IMG/VR virus record: IMGVR_UViG_3300021964_000016
DNA length: 64,000 bases
Direction: 5' to 3' (one strand)
From: a virus
Within the stretch, counting starts at the first letter, position 1; the number at the start of each line of letters is the position of its first letter. Positions 45,019 through 53,769 of this stretch are shown one piece after another. Under the pieces are notes generated by a model. That model saw only the letters and a list, made by a program, of their open reading frames with translations. It ran no database searches and had not been told where the DNA came from. The position numbers and the translations under genes were made by a program.

Positions 45019-46644
45019 TTATTTCGCCTTCGCCCGCAACGCTCTAATCAGTTGGACCTTCAGTTTGCGCTTGTCTTCAGGTTTCTGCAAAGAGTCGTGC
45101 TTTGCAAGTGCCTTGTTGACCAGCGACGTAGGAACACTGACAGTAGACTTTGGTCCAACTTTGATATTATGCATCTTTCTGCCAGATGCCTTCGCTGCAT
45201 CCTGTGCCTTGCGCATTTGCATGAAGATATTTTGATCTGCTGGATCAGCACGACCAGTGTGGGTCTTACCCTTTGCAGTCTTGGTAGTAACCACTGGTTT
45301 GGGTGCTGCCTTCTTCTTTGCAGAGTCTTTCTTGAGTTCGTCTTGTGCGCGTTTCTTCAGTGCACGGAACTCTGCGCCACGAGGCATCTTGTCTGGACCA
45401 CCAACAAGGTCTTGCATCTTCTTGATGAGTTTCTGCGATGCTTCATGAATCTTACGTCCGTCAGTCTTGTGTACGGTTGCTTTGTGACCAACCTTGTTGG
45501 TCTTGTTGATGCGATCAGCATACTTCTTCGCACCCACAGAGGTTGCGTGGTACTGCTTGATTGCTTTGTGTCCACTTGGTTTGGTTACAACAACAACGTG
45601 GCCAGGTTTGTCAGTGAAGTCGCGTGGATCCATAGATTCTTCGACAGATTCAGCAACATCACCCTTACCATATGAGTATAGCGTCTTGAGATAGTCGTTT
45701 GCTTTGGTGAGTTTGTTCTGAAACCACTCCTCCATATCGCCTTCTTTCTTGACACGAGACTCAATTCCGTCAAGGAAGTGACGCATAGCAGCAATCTGTT
45801 TTACTGCCATATTTGTTTCTTCTGCCCCGCCAGTATCAGCAGGATCTACTGCTTCTTTAGCATATATCCCAGTCTTCTTCTTAGGACTGCCATACTTCTT
45901 ATCAAGTGCTCTAAAGATATCTGCTTTTGAAGATGGTTTGTTGGACTTCTTGGCAACACCAACCGAAGGTTTGTCTTGCTCAGGGTGACCGCGACCATAC
46001 ATCTTATTTGCCGCATGACTTAGGGCAGAAGCAGCGCGGGGGTTGTATGCTTCACCAAGTTTAGCACGATGTGCCTCATAATCTTTGCTAGAAACAAAAT
46101 TCTTGTAATGAGGGACCTTATGCTTCTTGCCGTCCATATGATAGGTAATATGGTTGTTGTCTTGACTAATCTTTTTTCCGCCTGCTTTTTCAATTTCTTT
46201 ACGCACCGTACCAGTTGCAACAGCACCTTCAGAAACAGACTCTTTTTTAGTGCCACGCTTGGCATCAAGATAAGCAGCGATTGCCATCTCTTTACGTTTC
46301 TCAGCAGACTTGCCTTGAAACTGAGGGGCATCAGACTTTTGAAAATCGTCGATGTATTTCTTAATACCCTGAGAAGGATCTAACTTTTCGTTTTGCACAT
46401 CTTTGTGAACGGGAACCATGCGAACTTTAGTCTTGCCTGTTTCTGGGTCGACATAGTTTTGAGGTTTCTTTGCAGCTGCATTCGTACGATTGCTAGTATC
46501 GGTCTGCTGCTCGTCATCCTTCAAGATGCTCTTCTTATGCTTGACCTCTCCCTTTTTCATTGCCTTTTTCCTATCTGTATGCGTAGCAGGTTTGTTATAT
46601 TTATTTAGGTTTTTTGCCACAGGGTTTGATTTGTCTCTTTTCAT
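45019..46644 (-). CDS. Lys-rich modular probable internal head protein
   Basis: Basic modules separated by xxE sites; YIDDFQKSDAPQFQGKS..KRKEMAIAAY and EEWFQNKLTKANDYL; start reassigned to 46644. Confidence 0.65.
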   Translation of the reverse strand: MKRDKSNPVAKNLNKYNKPATHTDRKKAMKKGEVKHKKSILKDDEQQTDTSNRTNAAAKKPQNYVDPETGKTKVRMVPVHKDVQNEKLDPSQGIKKYIDDFQKSDAPQFQGKSAEKRKEMAIAAYLDAKRGTKKESVSEGAVATGTVRKEIEKAGGKKISQDNNHITYHMDGKKHKVPHYKNFVSSKDYEAHRAKLGEAYNPRAASALSHAANKMYGRGHPEQDKPSVGVAKKSNKPSSKADIFRALDKKYGSPKKKTGIYAKEAVDPADTGGAEETNMAVKQIAAMRHFLDGIESRVKKEGDMEEWFQNKLTKANDYLKTLYSYGKGDVAESVEESMDPRDFTDKPGHVVVVTKPSGHKAIKQYHATSVGAKKYADRINKTNKVGHKATVHKTDGRKIHEASQKLIKKMQDLVGGPDKMPRGAEFRALKKRAQDELKKDSAKKKAAPKPVVTTKTAKGKTHTGRADPADQNIFMQMRKAQDAAKASGRKMHNIKVGPKSTVSVPTSLVNKALAKHDSLQKPEDKRKLKVQLIRALRAKAK

Positions 46645-46660
46645 TTTGCGTACCAAGTTC

Positions 46661-47020
46661 TCACCACGCCTTACATGACCAATATCTTGCTTTGGTCTTT
46701 GGTCCAGGATTGTCGCAATTGTGACGCGCACGGAAAGACTTACGTCGAGCAGGAATACTCTTTTTTATCTTCATATTCTTGTCACCGAAGTTTACTTTCT
46801 TCACATTACCAGTTTGTGGATCTTTTACATAGACCTTAGACTTCTTCACGTCTCCCGCCATTGGTTTGTTCAGGGTTACTTCCCTGCCCTGATACTCTGC
46901 CTCAGAAAACTGCTTAAACCTTTTCATTTTCTTTTTCCCCTCTCCAGGAGTCAATTCTTTTGCGTGCTTGGTAGAAGCATCTGTTCCCCACTCATGTTTT
47001 TGCGGAGAATACTTACTCAC
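46661..47020 (-). CDS. Conserved basic protein (DUF6321-like)
   Basis: VYVKDPQTGNVKKVNFGD...RRKSFRARHNCD...ARYWSCKAW; internal MKRFKQFSEAE. Confidence 0.75.
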   Translation of the reverse strand: MSKYSPQKHEWGTDASTKHAKELTPGEGKKKMKRFKQFSEAEYQGREVTLNKPMAGDVKKSKVYVKDPQTGNVKKVNFGDKNMKIKKSIPARRKSFRARHNCDNPGPKTKARYWSCKAW

Positions 47021-47253
47021 GCGAGATCCTTATCGTGGTTTAGACCACCTTTCTTTTTCTTGACAATAAACGCATTGACGCGAGCATGACCCCACTGCTG
47101 TGGTGTAGTTCCAGGACGATGACCTCCCTTCCATGCAGCAACGCCACGATTGTAAACCTTACGCAAAGTTCCGACAGAAATACCTGACTTATCTGCTTTT
47201 TTTGCCAGAGAAGATCCAGCGTCCTCTTCTAAGTAGTTTTTAAACTTTAACAT
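47017..47253 (-). CDS. Small conserved basic protein (DUF5824-like), probable internal head protein
   Basis: MLKFKNYLEE; KSGISVGTLRKVYNRGVAAWKGGHRPGTTPQQWGHARVNAF. Confidence 0.75.
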   Translation of the reverse strand: MLKFKNYLEEDAGSSLAKKADKSGISVGTLRKVYNRGVAAWKGGHRPGTTPQQWGHARVNAFIVKKKKGGLNHDKDLA

Positions 47254-48517
47254 TGGTCGCCTTATTCTTTGCTCTTGTATCTTTGAGTCTTGCTCGGTCT
47301 AGCATACGGTCGTGTTTCAATTTATCCGTTTGCTTTTCCTTTTTGATCTTTTCTTTAGCAGCATCGAAAGCAGCAGTTTCTTCACCATACATCTTCTTAA
47401 ATGCCTTCGTATATTTTGAAGGTCTGGTCTTTGCTTTTGCGTCTCCAGGAGCAGGTTTGTATGCGCTTGGATTGCTATCGCTTTTCTTCGCGTTTTTCTG
47501 AAAGTGCGCGTCGCGACGGTTTTTCATCGCCTTAGAGAGACCCTTGTGATACTTTGCAGGTTGGGAACCCTTACGGTCTTTGATGTCAGAGTCTTGCCTA
47601 ACCTTAGTGTTGTCCTCTTCTGGCACACAGTTAGGGACCATTTTACCACCTTTAGGTTTCATACCCTTTTGGGTATAACCTTGCCAGCATGCTTCGTCAA
47701 GTTTTTCGACAGCATCTAACCATTTACGAACGCTTTTATTTTCGCCGAGTTGGACAACAACATAGTTACTACCCAAGTGAGTTATTACACCAACCTCTTC
47801 AGATTCTTTTACAACAACGGTGTCTCCTAGATCAAACAGTTCACCTTTGACAAACTTCTCGCGAGTTTCAGAAACCGTTTCAAGTTCTACATGACGTTTA
47901 AACTCTGATTCTTCTTTTATACCCATGCCAGAGCGAACGTCAAGGAACAACTTCTTAGAATCTTTATTATTCAAAGATGAACCAAGACCCTGAGAAAAAT
48001 TGGCAAAGTCGTTACTTGCGGCATACCCTCTAAGTTTAGAAGCAGACATACCCTCAACGCCTTCGGCATCTGGGTCGCGCTCGCCAGCAGAAGCAACGGA
48101 GATAGACTTGAAGTTGTAGAATCCGTGATTGCCCTTTTTACCGTTGTACTTGTTGAGAAGAGTTTCAAATTCTCTAACTCGGTCTGATCCAACAACCATT
48201 ACAATGCTTTTGAATCCCTGTTCAAACAGATACGAAGCAGCATCAAAGGCAGTTCGCACCTTCTTGTTTATCAACACGCTGCGAGCATGACGCGGAAACA
48301 TTTTCCTCACATGCTTTACTTTTGCTGTATAGTTTAGAGGATTCTTTTTAGCATCTTGAGATTGAGACAAAAACACATAGTATGGGTTCTTGCCCGACTT
48401 CTTGGAAAGATTGTCTAAAAGTTTTTCATGACCAACGGTTGGGGGGTTCATTCTCCCAAACGTGAAATACGCAACCTTGTCTTCTTCGACTAGATAATTT
48501 TTGAAAGAATTAATCAT
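47240..48517 (-). CDS. HIGH-superfamily nucleotidyltransferase (cytidyltransferase/NMNAT-like) with basic C-terminal modules
   Basis: FTFGRMNPPTVGHEKL, VVGSDR and MSASKLR; N-terminus MINSFKNYLVEE. Confidence 0.85.
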   Translation of the reverse strand: MINSFKNYLVEEDKVAYFTFGRMNPPTVGHEKLLDNLSKKSGKNPYYVFLSQSQDAKKNPLNYTAKVKHVRKMFPRHARSVLINKKVRTAFDAASYLFEQGFKSIVMVVGSDRVREFETLLNKYNGKKGNHGFYNFKSISVASAGERDPDAEGVEGMSASKLRGYAASNDFANFSQGLGSSLNNKDSKKLFLDVRSGMGIKEESEFKRHVELETVSETREKFVKGELFDLGDTVVVKESEEVGVITHLGSNYVVVQLGENKSVRKWLDAVEKLDEACWQGYTQKGMKPKGGKMVPNCVPEEDNTKVRQDSDIKDRKGSQPAKYHKGLSKAMKNRRDAHFQKNAKKSDSNPSAYKPAPGDAKAKTRPSKYTKAFKKMYGEETAAFDAAKEKIKKEKQTDKLKHDRMLDRARLKDTRAKNKATNVKV

Positions 48518-49005
48518 TCTTTATTTGCCTTACTCGCCTTTCTTTCTCTATCTTTTTTACGAACAACAGGAATCAGTTTTCGAGCGAGTCTGTCTATTCG
48601 AGGTTTCATTTTATCTAGTCGCTTTTCTAACTCAGTTCTTTTCTGAAAAGATAGGTCGTCTTTGCTAACACCCCTAGTGAGTTTTTTCAGGAGTTGTAAC
48701 CTTGCTTGACGTTTAGCACGTTTCTTTACAACCGACATGTCTGGCGTTTTTCTAAGTGCACGCTGCCTTCCCAACTTAATACGGGACTTCATTTTTCTCA
48801 TTCGAATAGACGCTTTTATACGCTGTGCGTGCGACAATGCTTCTTCAACCTTTTCACCTTCAGGTTGATAAGAAGCATACTCTGCGTTAGAACCAGCACC
48901 TTGCTGCTTGTGACGTTTTTTGGATTGGTAACTGATGTAGTCCCCAGTACCTGGAAGGTAATCAACTACCAGAAAGTCTTTGAACGATAGTGGTTTCTTT
49001 GCCAC
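48514..49005 (-). CDS. Highly basic hypothetical protein, probable internal head protein
   Basis: LSFKDFL; VEEALSHAQRIK; Arg/Lys-rich. Confidence 0.7.
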   Translation of the reverse strand: MAKKPLSFKDFLVVDYLPGTGDYISYQSKKRHKQQGAGSNAEYASYQPEGEKVEEALSHAQRIKASIRMRKMKSRIKLGRQRALRKTPDMSVVKKRAKRQARLQLLKKLTRGVSKDDLSFQKRTELEKRLDKMKPRIDRLARKLIPVVRKKDRERKASKANKE

Positions 49006-49007
49006 AA

Positions 49008-50243
49008 CTATTTCCTTGTAGGTTTATCCCATCCTTTAAGTATATCGGGCGAAAAGTTGTTATAGGAAAACTCCATCCTATCAACTAGTTTCACCGCATC
49101 ACCACCAATGGTATCTATGGCAACAAAACCTTCTTGTCCTGTTACCTTGTACCCTTTTCTAGTTTTTACGAACGTGTCTATATTCGACAAGTCGTTGAGT
49201 TTATTTATAAGAATTATTTTTGCTAATACTATATTGCGTTGCAATTCAAACATCGCTATAAGAGCAGCGGTGTTCTTCTTTGAGAAGAAAGACATAAGTG
49301 CGTCCCTCTTCTGTTTCTGTGCTGCCTTTCCCTTTTCGCTTTTGCGAGCATCTATAACCTTTTGATACTTGTCCGTCAACCAACGCTGTAGTCCAATTAC
49401 GTGGCGACGAGAATCTGGTATGATACTCCCAGCACGAACAAAAGTGTTGTTATATTGCTCGATCAATTGCGGTAGTTCTGGGTGTGTTTCTAATTGTCGG
49501 AGGACCGAACCAGATATCTTCTGAAAAAGCGAACCAGCATTAGAAAGATACTCATTCACGAGAGCAGTCTGTTTTGTAGATAGCGTTGCCGCCGAGACGT
49601 TTCGTAACATTGCATCCTGAGACCAAACCTTGCTAACCTTCTTCAATTTGCTGACATCCACTCCGTACGATGCTTTCATCGATTCGAACGAACTGCCCTT
49701 GTAAGTGGTATGCCATACAATGCCGATGCGTGCTCGGCGAATCTGTTTCGCTGCTTCACTGCCAGAAGGAATAGCATAAACAATCGTGTTAGGATGGAAA
49801 GTAACATACTTTTCACCTCCTATGTTTTTGTTTTGGATATCTCCTGGACCAAACAGGAAGTCTCCTTGAATGACACCTTTAATACCAAGTGCTGGTAATT
49901 CTTCGAGTGCCGCATTGAGTTTTACGTTTAGATCACCAGAAGTATCAGCATCAACATCTGCTTTAGTCTTATACACCTTTGGGTTCTTGTTAAAAATACC
50001 TTTCTTGGCAACAAAGAACTCGCCGTCTCTTGGGTCGATGCCAGCAAAGATCGCAGGAGCACCGTCCCACTTCACAGAAATATCTCCCTTATGCTTTCCT
50101 TGAAGCATGTCGCGAAGAGCACGTAAAGCATTGATTGCTTGGCGAGTTCCATCAACTCCACCATAGAGGACTTTATCCTCTATGTGAGTCATGTGAGTGT
50201 TCTTCTGCTCAGAGAGAAATTGTTGTGTCAAAAAAGAATCCAT
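49008..50243 (-). CDS. Conserved T4-like protein (DUF6267-like) with ligase-type nucleotidyltransferase motifs
   Basis: KNTHMTHIED, SVKWDGAPA, IQGDFLF, QEGFVA and AVKLVDRMEFS. Confidence 0.7.
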   Translation of the reverse strand: MDSFLTQQFLSEQKNTHMTHIEDKVLYGGVDGTRQAINALRALRDMLQGKHKGDISVKWDGAPAIFAGIDPRDGEFFVAKKGIFNKNPKVYKTKADVDADTSGDLNVKLNAALEELPALGIKGVIQGDFLFGPGDIQNKNIGGEKYVTFHPNTIVYAIPSGSEAAKQIRRARIGIVWHTTYKGSSFESMKASYGVDVSKLKKVSKVWSQDAMLRNVSAATLSTKQTALVNEYLSNAGSLFQKISGSVLRQLETHPELPQLIEQYNNTFVRAGSIIPDSRRHVIGLQRWLTDKYQKVIDARKSEKGKAAQKQKRDALMSFFSKKNTAALIAMFELQRNIVLAKIILINKLNDLSNIDTFVKTRKGYKVTGQEGFVAIDTIGGDAVKLVDRMEFSYNNFSPDILKGWDKPTRK

Positions 50244-51025
50244 TAGTTATTGTCCACCAATATCAAATCAAAGATTGCACCGTTACCACAGGTGCCGCCT
50301 GTTACAACATCTACTCTCAGATCAGTCTTTTCAGCAAATACTAGAGGCACAGGATAATCATAGTCTACTGAGTTACCACCTTGTGTGCCCCACTGCCCCT
50401 TCAGATTGAAACCGTTTCCAAATGGTCTTGCAAACAACTTAAACTTTACTGGAGCATTTGACTTGTCCATGCTTCCCTGAAACTTCAACAGGTATCCAGT
50501 CTTGCCAGCAGGGATCGTGTAGACTGCCATAAGAGTCTGCCCGTTTCCAGTAAGAATCTTTGCTGCTAGATTACCGCCTTGATTAATTGTAACATCACCA
50601 GCATTGCTCACACTAGTCATACGTGCACGAAAGATACGAGAAAACGTCACCGCACCAGTCGAACCGATATTGACATTTTCTGTAACTTGGTTATAGTCCC
50701 CATCAAGTCCTTGAATCTCTACTTCTGCTCCTGTATCCCCACCAGCAGTAGAAGTCATCGTTACAACTCCAGCAGCAGGATAAGGATAGATCGCAGTGGT
50801 GTTGTTTGCATCCCAAACTGTGGCAGTTCCGTTCTGATCTGTGCCAGTATAACCGAACTTGTTGATATGAGAATAACCGTCTACTTCGCCAGCAGCAATA
50901 GGGATATTAGATGCTGATCCAAAAGAGTTGATGATATTACCATCTTTGTCGGATAACATAACAACTTCATAGATATGACTGTTATTACCGACTAGTCTCT
51001 GAAATAGTTTACTGAACTGTGCCAT
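50243..51025 (-). CDS. Hypothetical beta-rich protein, probably virion
   Basis: INKFG, VEIQGLD, FSRIFRA and QTLMAVYTIPAGKTGYL; in a late operon. Confidence 0.65.
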   Translation of the reverse strand: MAQFSKLFQRLVGNNSHIYEVVMLSDKDGNIINSFGSASNIPIAAGEVDGYSHINKFGYTGTDQNGTATVWDANNTTAIYPYPAAGVVTMTSTAGGDTGAEVEIQGLDGDYNQVTENVNIGSTGAVTFSRIFRARMTSVSNAGDVTINQGGNLAAKILTGNGQTLMAVYTIPAGKTGYLLKFQGSMDKSNAPVKFKLFARPFGNGFNLKGQWGTQGGNSVDYDYPVPLVFAEKTDLRVDVVTGGTCGNGAIFDLILVDNN

Positions 51026-52305
51026 TACATTACCTTTGCATATGGTCCTGAAAGTTGAGACTCGGAAGCAGCATAGTTTACCATACCAGATACAAATTCA
51101 TTCCTTTGCTTCTTCGTTGCGTTTGCTACAATCGCCATTAATTGCGCGGTTAATATTTTCGAGACGAACCAATTTTGATCCTTCTTCTTAACTTCTTTGT
51201 AGAATTCGTACTTATCCATATCAGCAGTATCTTCGCATTGAGTATACCACTCGTAGAATTGATCCATGGTTGCATCGTCTTGCTTCAGCAACTCACGTTG
51301 CGGGACGAAGTCAACCTTGAAATACTCTTTGACGAATCCAGCGACTGGACCGCCCGAAACCTTACCCATGTTCGCGTTCTTGCCCTTGAGTTCTCCTTGC
51401 CAAGTAGAACCGAACTTACGGAACTGTGCCTTACCGCCATTGAACATAATGTATCCGTCGTTAGATAGGAAAAACCCACGCAGACCAGTGGTGGCACTGA
51501 CAAACTCGTACTGATTACGCACCGTTGTAATATTGAGTTCTTTAAACTGGACAGTACCGCGCATCTTTTTCAGAGAGATACCAACGATGTCTTTGGACTT
51601 GTATGCTTTGAGCATCATCTTGTTAAGGTCGACAAGGGTCTTCGCTTTGGTCAGGTCGATGTTCTTGCCAGTGCTGGAAACGATATACATATCAGCAGGC
51701 GACCACTTGTTCAGGTTGGTGAACGGTTTGCCTGCTTCGTTGTTGAGGTCTTTCCAGTGATTCTCCAGCGCAGATACCCACGCCGAACCACGGTGGGCGA
51801 CATAGTTCTTACCAGAGTTTGGGAACTTCTTCGCGATCATCTCTGCGCCGAGTTTGGAAGATTCAATCCAGTCGTCGGTGATCTTGTCGTTGATGCGCTT
51901 CAGTGTATCGGAAACGTCGTAGTTCGCCTTGCACTCGGCGAGGGATTTATGATCGTACTTGCCTGCCTTCTTGTACTTGGCAGCGAGATAGACGCACTGT
52001 GCTGATTCGGCGAGTTCGGTAATGTCAGAACCTGCGCCTGAACCACCGCCACCTTTTATCTTACACTCAACGTAGTAACCACCAGCACACTCGGTGCGAC
52101 CAACAGAGGATTGCCCACCCGATGGATTATACTTTGCACCATATGACTTGAGTTTATCTGCAACGTGACGGAGGACACCTTCTCGGTCTCCCCCTTTCGG
52201 CAATTGAACCACAGCAGTCTTTGAAGTCTTGCCATCAGCAAGGTCAGTATAACCGCACTTGTCCAATTGTATCTTTAATTCTTCTCTTGACTTGAACGTA
52301 GGCAT
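51025..52305 (-). CDS. Restriction-endonuclease-like (PD-(D/E)XK) protein
   Basis: AESAQC...NKWSPADMYIV...IVGISLKK; late promoter upstream. Confidence 0.55.
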   Translation of the reverse strand: MPTFKSREELKIQLDKCGYTDLADGKTSKTAVVQLPKGGDREGVLRHVADKLKSYGAKYNPSGGQSSVGRTECAGGYYVECKIKGGGGSGAGSDITELAESAQCVYLAAKYKKAGKYDHKSLAECKANYDVSDTLKRINDKITDDWIESSKLGAEMIAKKFPNSGKNYVAHRGSAWVSALENHWKDLNNEAGKPFTNLNKWSPADMYIVSSTGKNIDLTKAKTLVDLNKMMLKAYKSKDIVGISLKKMRGTVQFKELNITTVRNQYEFVSATTGLRGFFLSNDGYIMFNGGKAQFRKFGSTWQGELKGKNANMGKVSGGPVAGFVKEYFKVDFVPQRELLKQDDATMDQFYEWYTQCEDTADMDKYEFYKEVKKKDQNWFVSKILTAQLMAIVANATKKQRNEFVSGMVNYAASESQLSGPYAKVM

Positions 52306-52326
52306 TACAGATCCTTTTATATGGAT

Positions 52327-52761
52327 CTATTTATACCCAGTCAACTTGTACCATTTGTCAAAGATTGGTTGCTCTACCGCATATGCTTGCTTTTCCCAAG
52401 GCATTTCGTTTTCGTTCCTTGGGTCGTAAGACAAGTTCCTTCCTCGCCAACGGGAAACGTATCCGTCGACATCAGACGCTTGGAGTTCTCTTTTCAAGTA
52501 TTGCTTGGCGTGGACTAGTTCGTGCGCAAGAGTCTTGAGTTTATCCTCTTTAGAAATAGTCATACCCCATTGCCTGCTTGCGATATGAACCTCTGCTTCT
52601 CGGTTGTCGCCCCAACAAAGACCGAAACAGTTACCTTCGAGTTGGGGTTTCAAGACGATGGTGACATCTCCACGGAGACGATCAAGACCGATTTCTTTAG
52701 CAGCGAAGTGAGCGAACACTCGCATGTACTTCGGCATATTGTTTGAAAATAATAATCTCAT
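52327..52761 (-). CDS. Zincin-type metallopeptidase (HExxH)
   Basis: TLAHELVHAKQY...PWEKQAY. Confidence 0.8.
   Translation of the reverse strand: MRLLFSNNMPKYMRVFAHFAAKEIGLDRLRGDVTIVLKPQLEGNCFGLCWGDNREAEVHIASRQWGMTISKEDKLKTLAHELVHAKQYLKRELQASDVDGYVSRWRGRNLSYDPRNENEMPWEKQAYAVEQPIFDKWYKLTGYK
52328..52335 (-). promoter_or_regulatory. T4-type late promoter TATAAATA
   Basis: Exact consensus 22 nt upstream of the ATG at 52305. Confidence 0.8.
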
Positions 52762-52771
52762 TTCTCAGTCC

Positions 52772-53095
52772 TCACCAAGTTCCCAAAACATCGCCCATTT
52801 TGTTTCCTGCCTCGTAGATCTGACGACCAATGGCATTGGTGATCGTAGACTCGACTTCACGTGTGCCTGTTTTGACGGTGTAATCGAAAATACGCTCGAC
52901 CATATTGGGGTCGCGTTTGTTTCGCATACGATAAGAACGGGGAACGTAGAGAGTCCCGTTGACGACAACGGGTTCCTGAATACTCAGGTCCGTCTCTTCA
53001 ATGGTCTCATAAGGTTGCCCGTTAAAGACGTGCGTCTCGGCGAGGGAACCAACTGAAAATACTACCAAAAATGCTAATAAAAATGCCTGTTTCAT
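52772..53095 (-). CDS. Secreted early protein of unknown function
   Basis: Signal peptide MKQAFLLAFLVVFSVGSLA; first gene after early promoter 3. Confidence 0.7.
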   Translation of the reverse strand: MKQAFLLAFLVVFSVGSLAETHVFNGQPYETIEETDLSIQEPVVVNGTLYVPRSYRMRNKRDPNMVERIFDYTVKTGTREVESTITNAIGRQIYEAGNKMGDVLGTW

Positions 53096-53103
53096 AGTTA
53101 CAA

Positions 53104-53183
53104 TCTCCTATCCAACAGATATATTATCGCCTAAATGGGGTCCAAACACAACTGTAAAAAACCCTAATAAGATCAATAACTTA
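53104..53183 (-). promoter_or_regulatory. Early promoter cassette 3 with IHF-like box
   Basis: TTGTGT-17-GATAAT; GATCAATAACTTA at 53171-53183. Confidence 0.78.
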
Positions 53184-53196
53184 CGGTTATATGCAT

Positions 53197-53210
53197 TATT
53201 TATATAAATA
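53197..53210. promoter_or_regulatory. Overlapping back-to-back late promoters (TATTTATATAAATA)
   Basis: TATAAATA on plus at 53203-53210 and on minus at 53197-53204. Confidence 0.72.
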
Positions 53211-53273
53211 GAAGTGGTGAGGTGATTTAGTTATAAGTATGGATTCGGTCGTTTCACCAGAAGAGGAAAGTTT

Positions 53274-53669
53274 ATGACGGACGAAAGAATATCCGAAGTC
53301 GAGACTAAACTTTATACACACGAAGGTAGAATCAAATCTACCGAGCAAAACATTCGTCAGATTACTGATAACATCGACAGGATAGAATCTCATCTTCTCA
53401 GGGGTTCTTCAAAACCACTTCCAGTCAGCACCATCGTTTCCATAATTGTGGGGTTCTTGGGTGCCTTTGGAACAACATTTTTTGCCATGACAAATTACGT
53501 CGATCTTCAGGTTGATAACCTGAGAGAATCCGACAGAGCAAACGAAGAAAGGATAATAGAAAATCATAGTCATATTAAAGAATTCAATTCAGAAATTCGA
53601 GAACGACTTGGTCGCCTCGAAGAAAGATCTAAGTCTCATGAAGAGGACATAAGAGAACTTAGAAAATAA
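53274..53669 (+). CDS. Single-TM coiled-coil membrane protein (holin-like candidate)
   Basis: Coiled coil, TM (TIVSIIVGFLGAFGTTFFAM), coiled coil; has its own late promoter, SD GAGGA and terminator. Confidence 0.6.
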   Translation: MTDERISEVETKLYTHEGRIKSTEQNIRQITDNIDRIESHLLRGSSKPLPVSTIVSIIVGFLGAFGTTFFAMTNYVDLQVDNLRESDRANEERIIENHSHIKEFNSEIRERLGRLEERSKSHEEDIRELRK

Positions 53670-53674
53670 ATCTC

Positions 53675-53694
53675 GTGGGGCAATTCTGCCCCAC
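53675..53694. terminator. Hairpin between convergent genes (bidirectional terminator)
   Basis: GTGGGGCA-ATTC-TGCCCCAC. Confidence 0.75.
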
Positions 53695-53701
53695 ACTCTT
53701 C

Positions 53702-53769
53702 GGTTACAACCCCATCTATCTGGTGGACGATAGACCAATCAGGACAACCTGCATCGTGCCCTTGTAACC
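53702..53769. ncRNA. Putative structured RNA (three-way junction)
   Basis: GGTTACAA/TTGTAACC encloses TCTATC/GATAGA and (on minus) GGGCA/UGUCC stems. Confidence 0.35.

Noticed and set aside
53702-53769. Hammerhead ribozyme or tRNA
   Set aside because: CUGAUUG and GAAG deviate from the CUGAnGA/GAAA core and are wrongly placed; there is no T-loop or cloverleaf.
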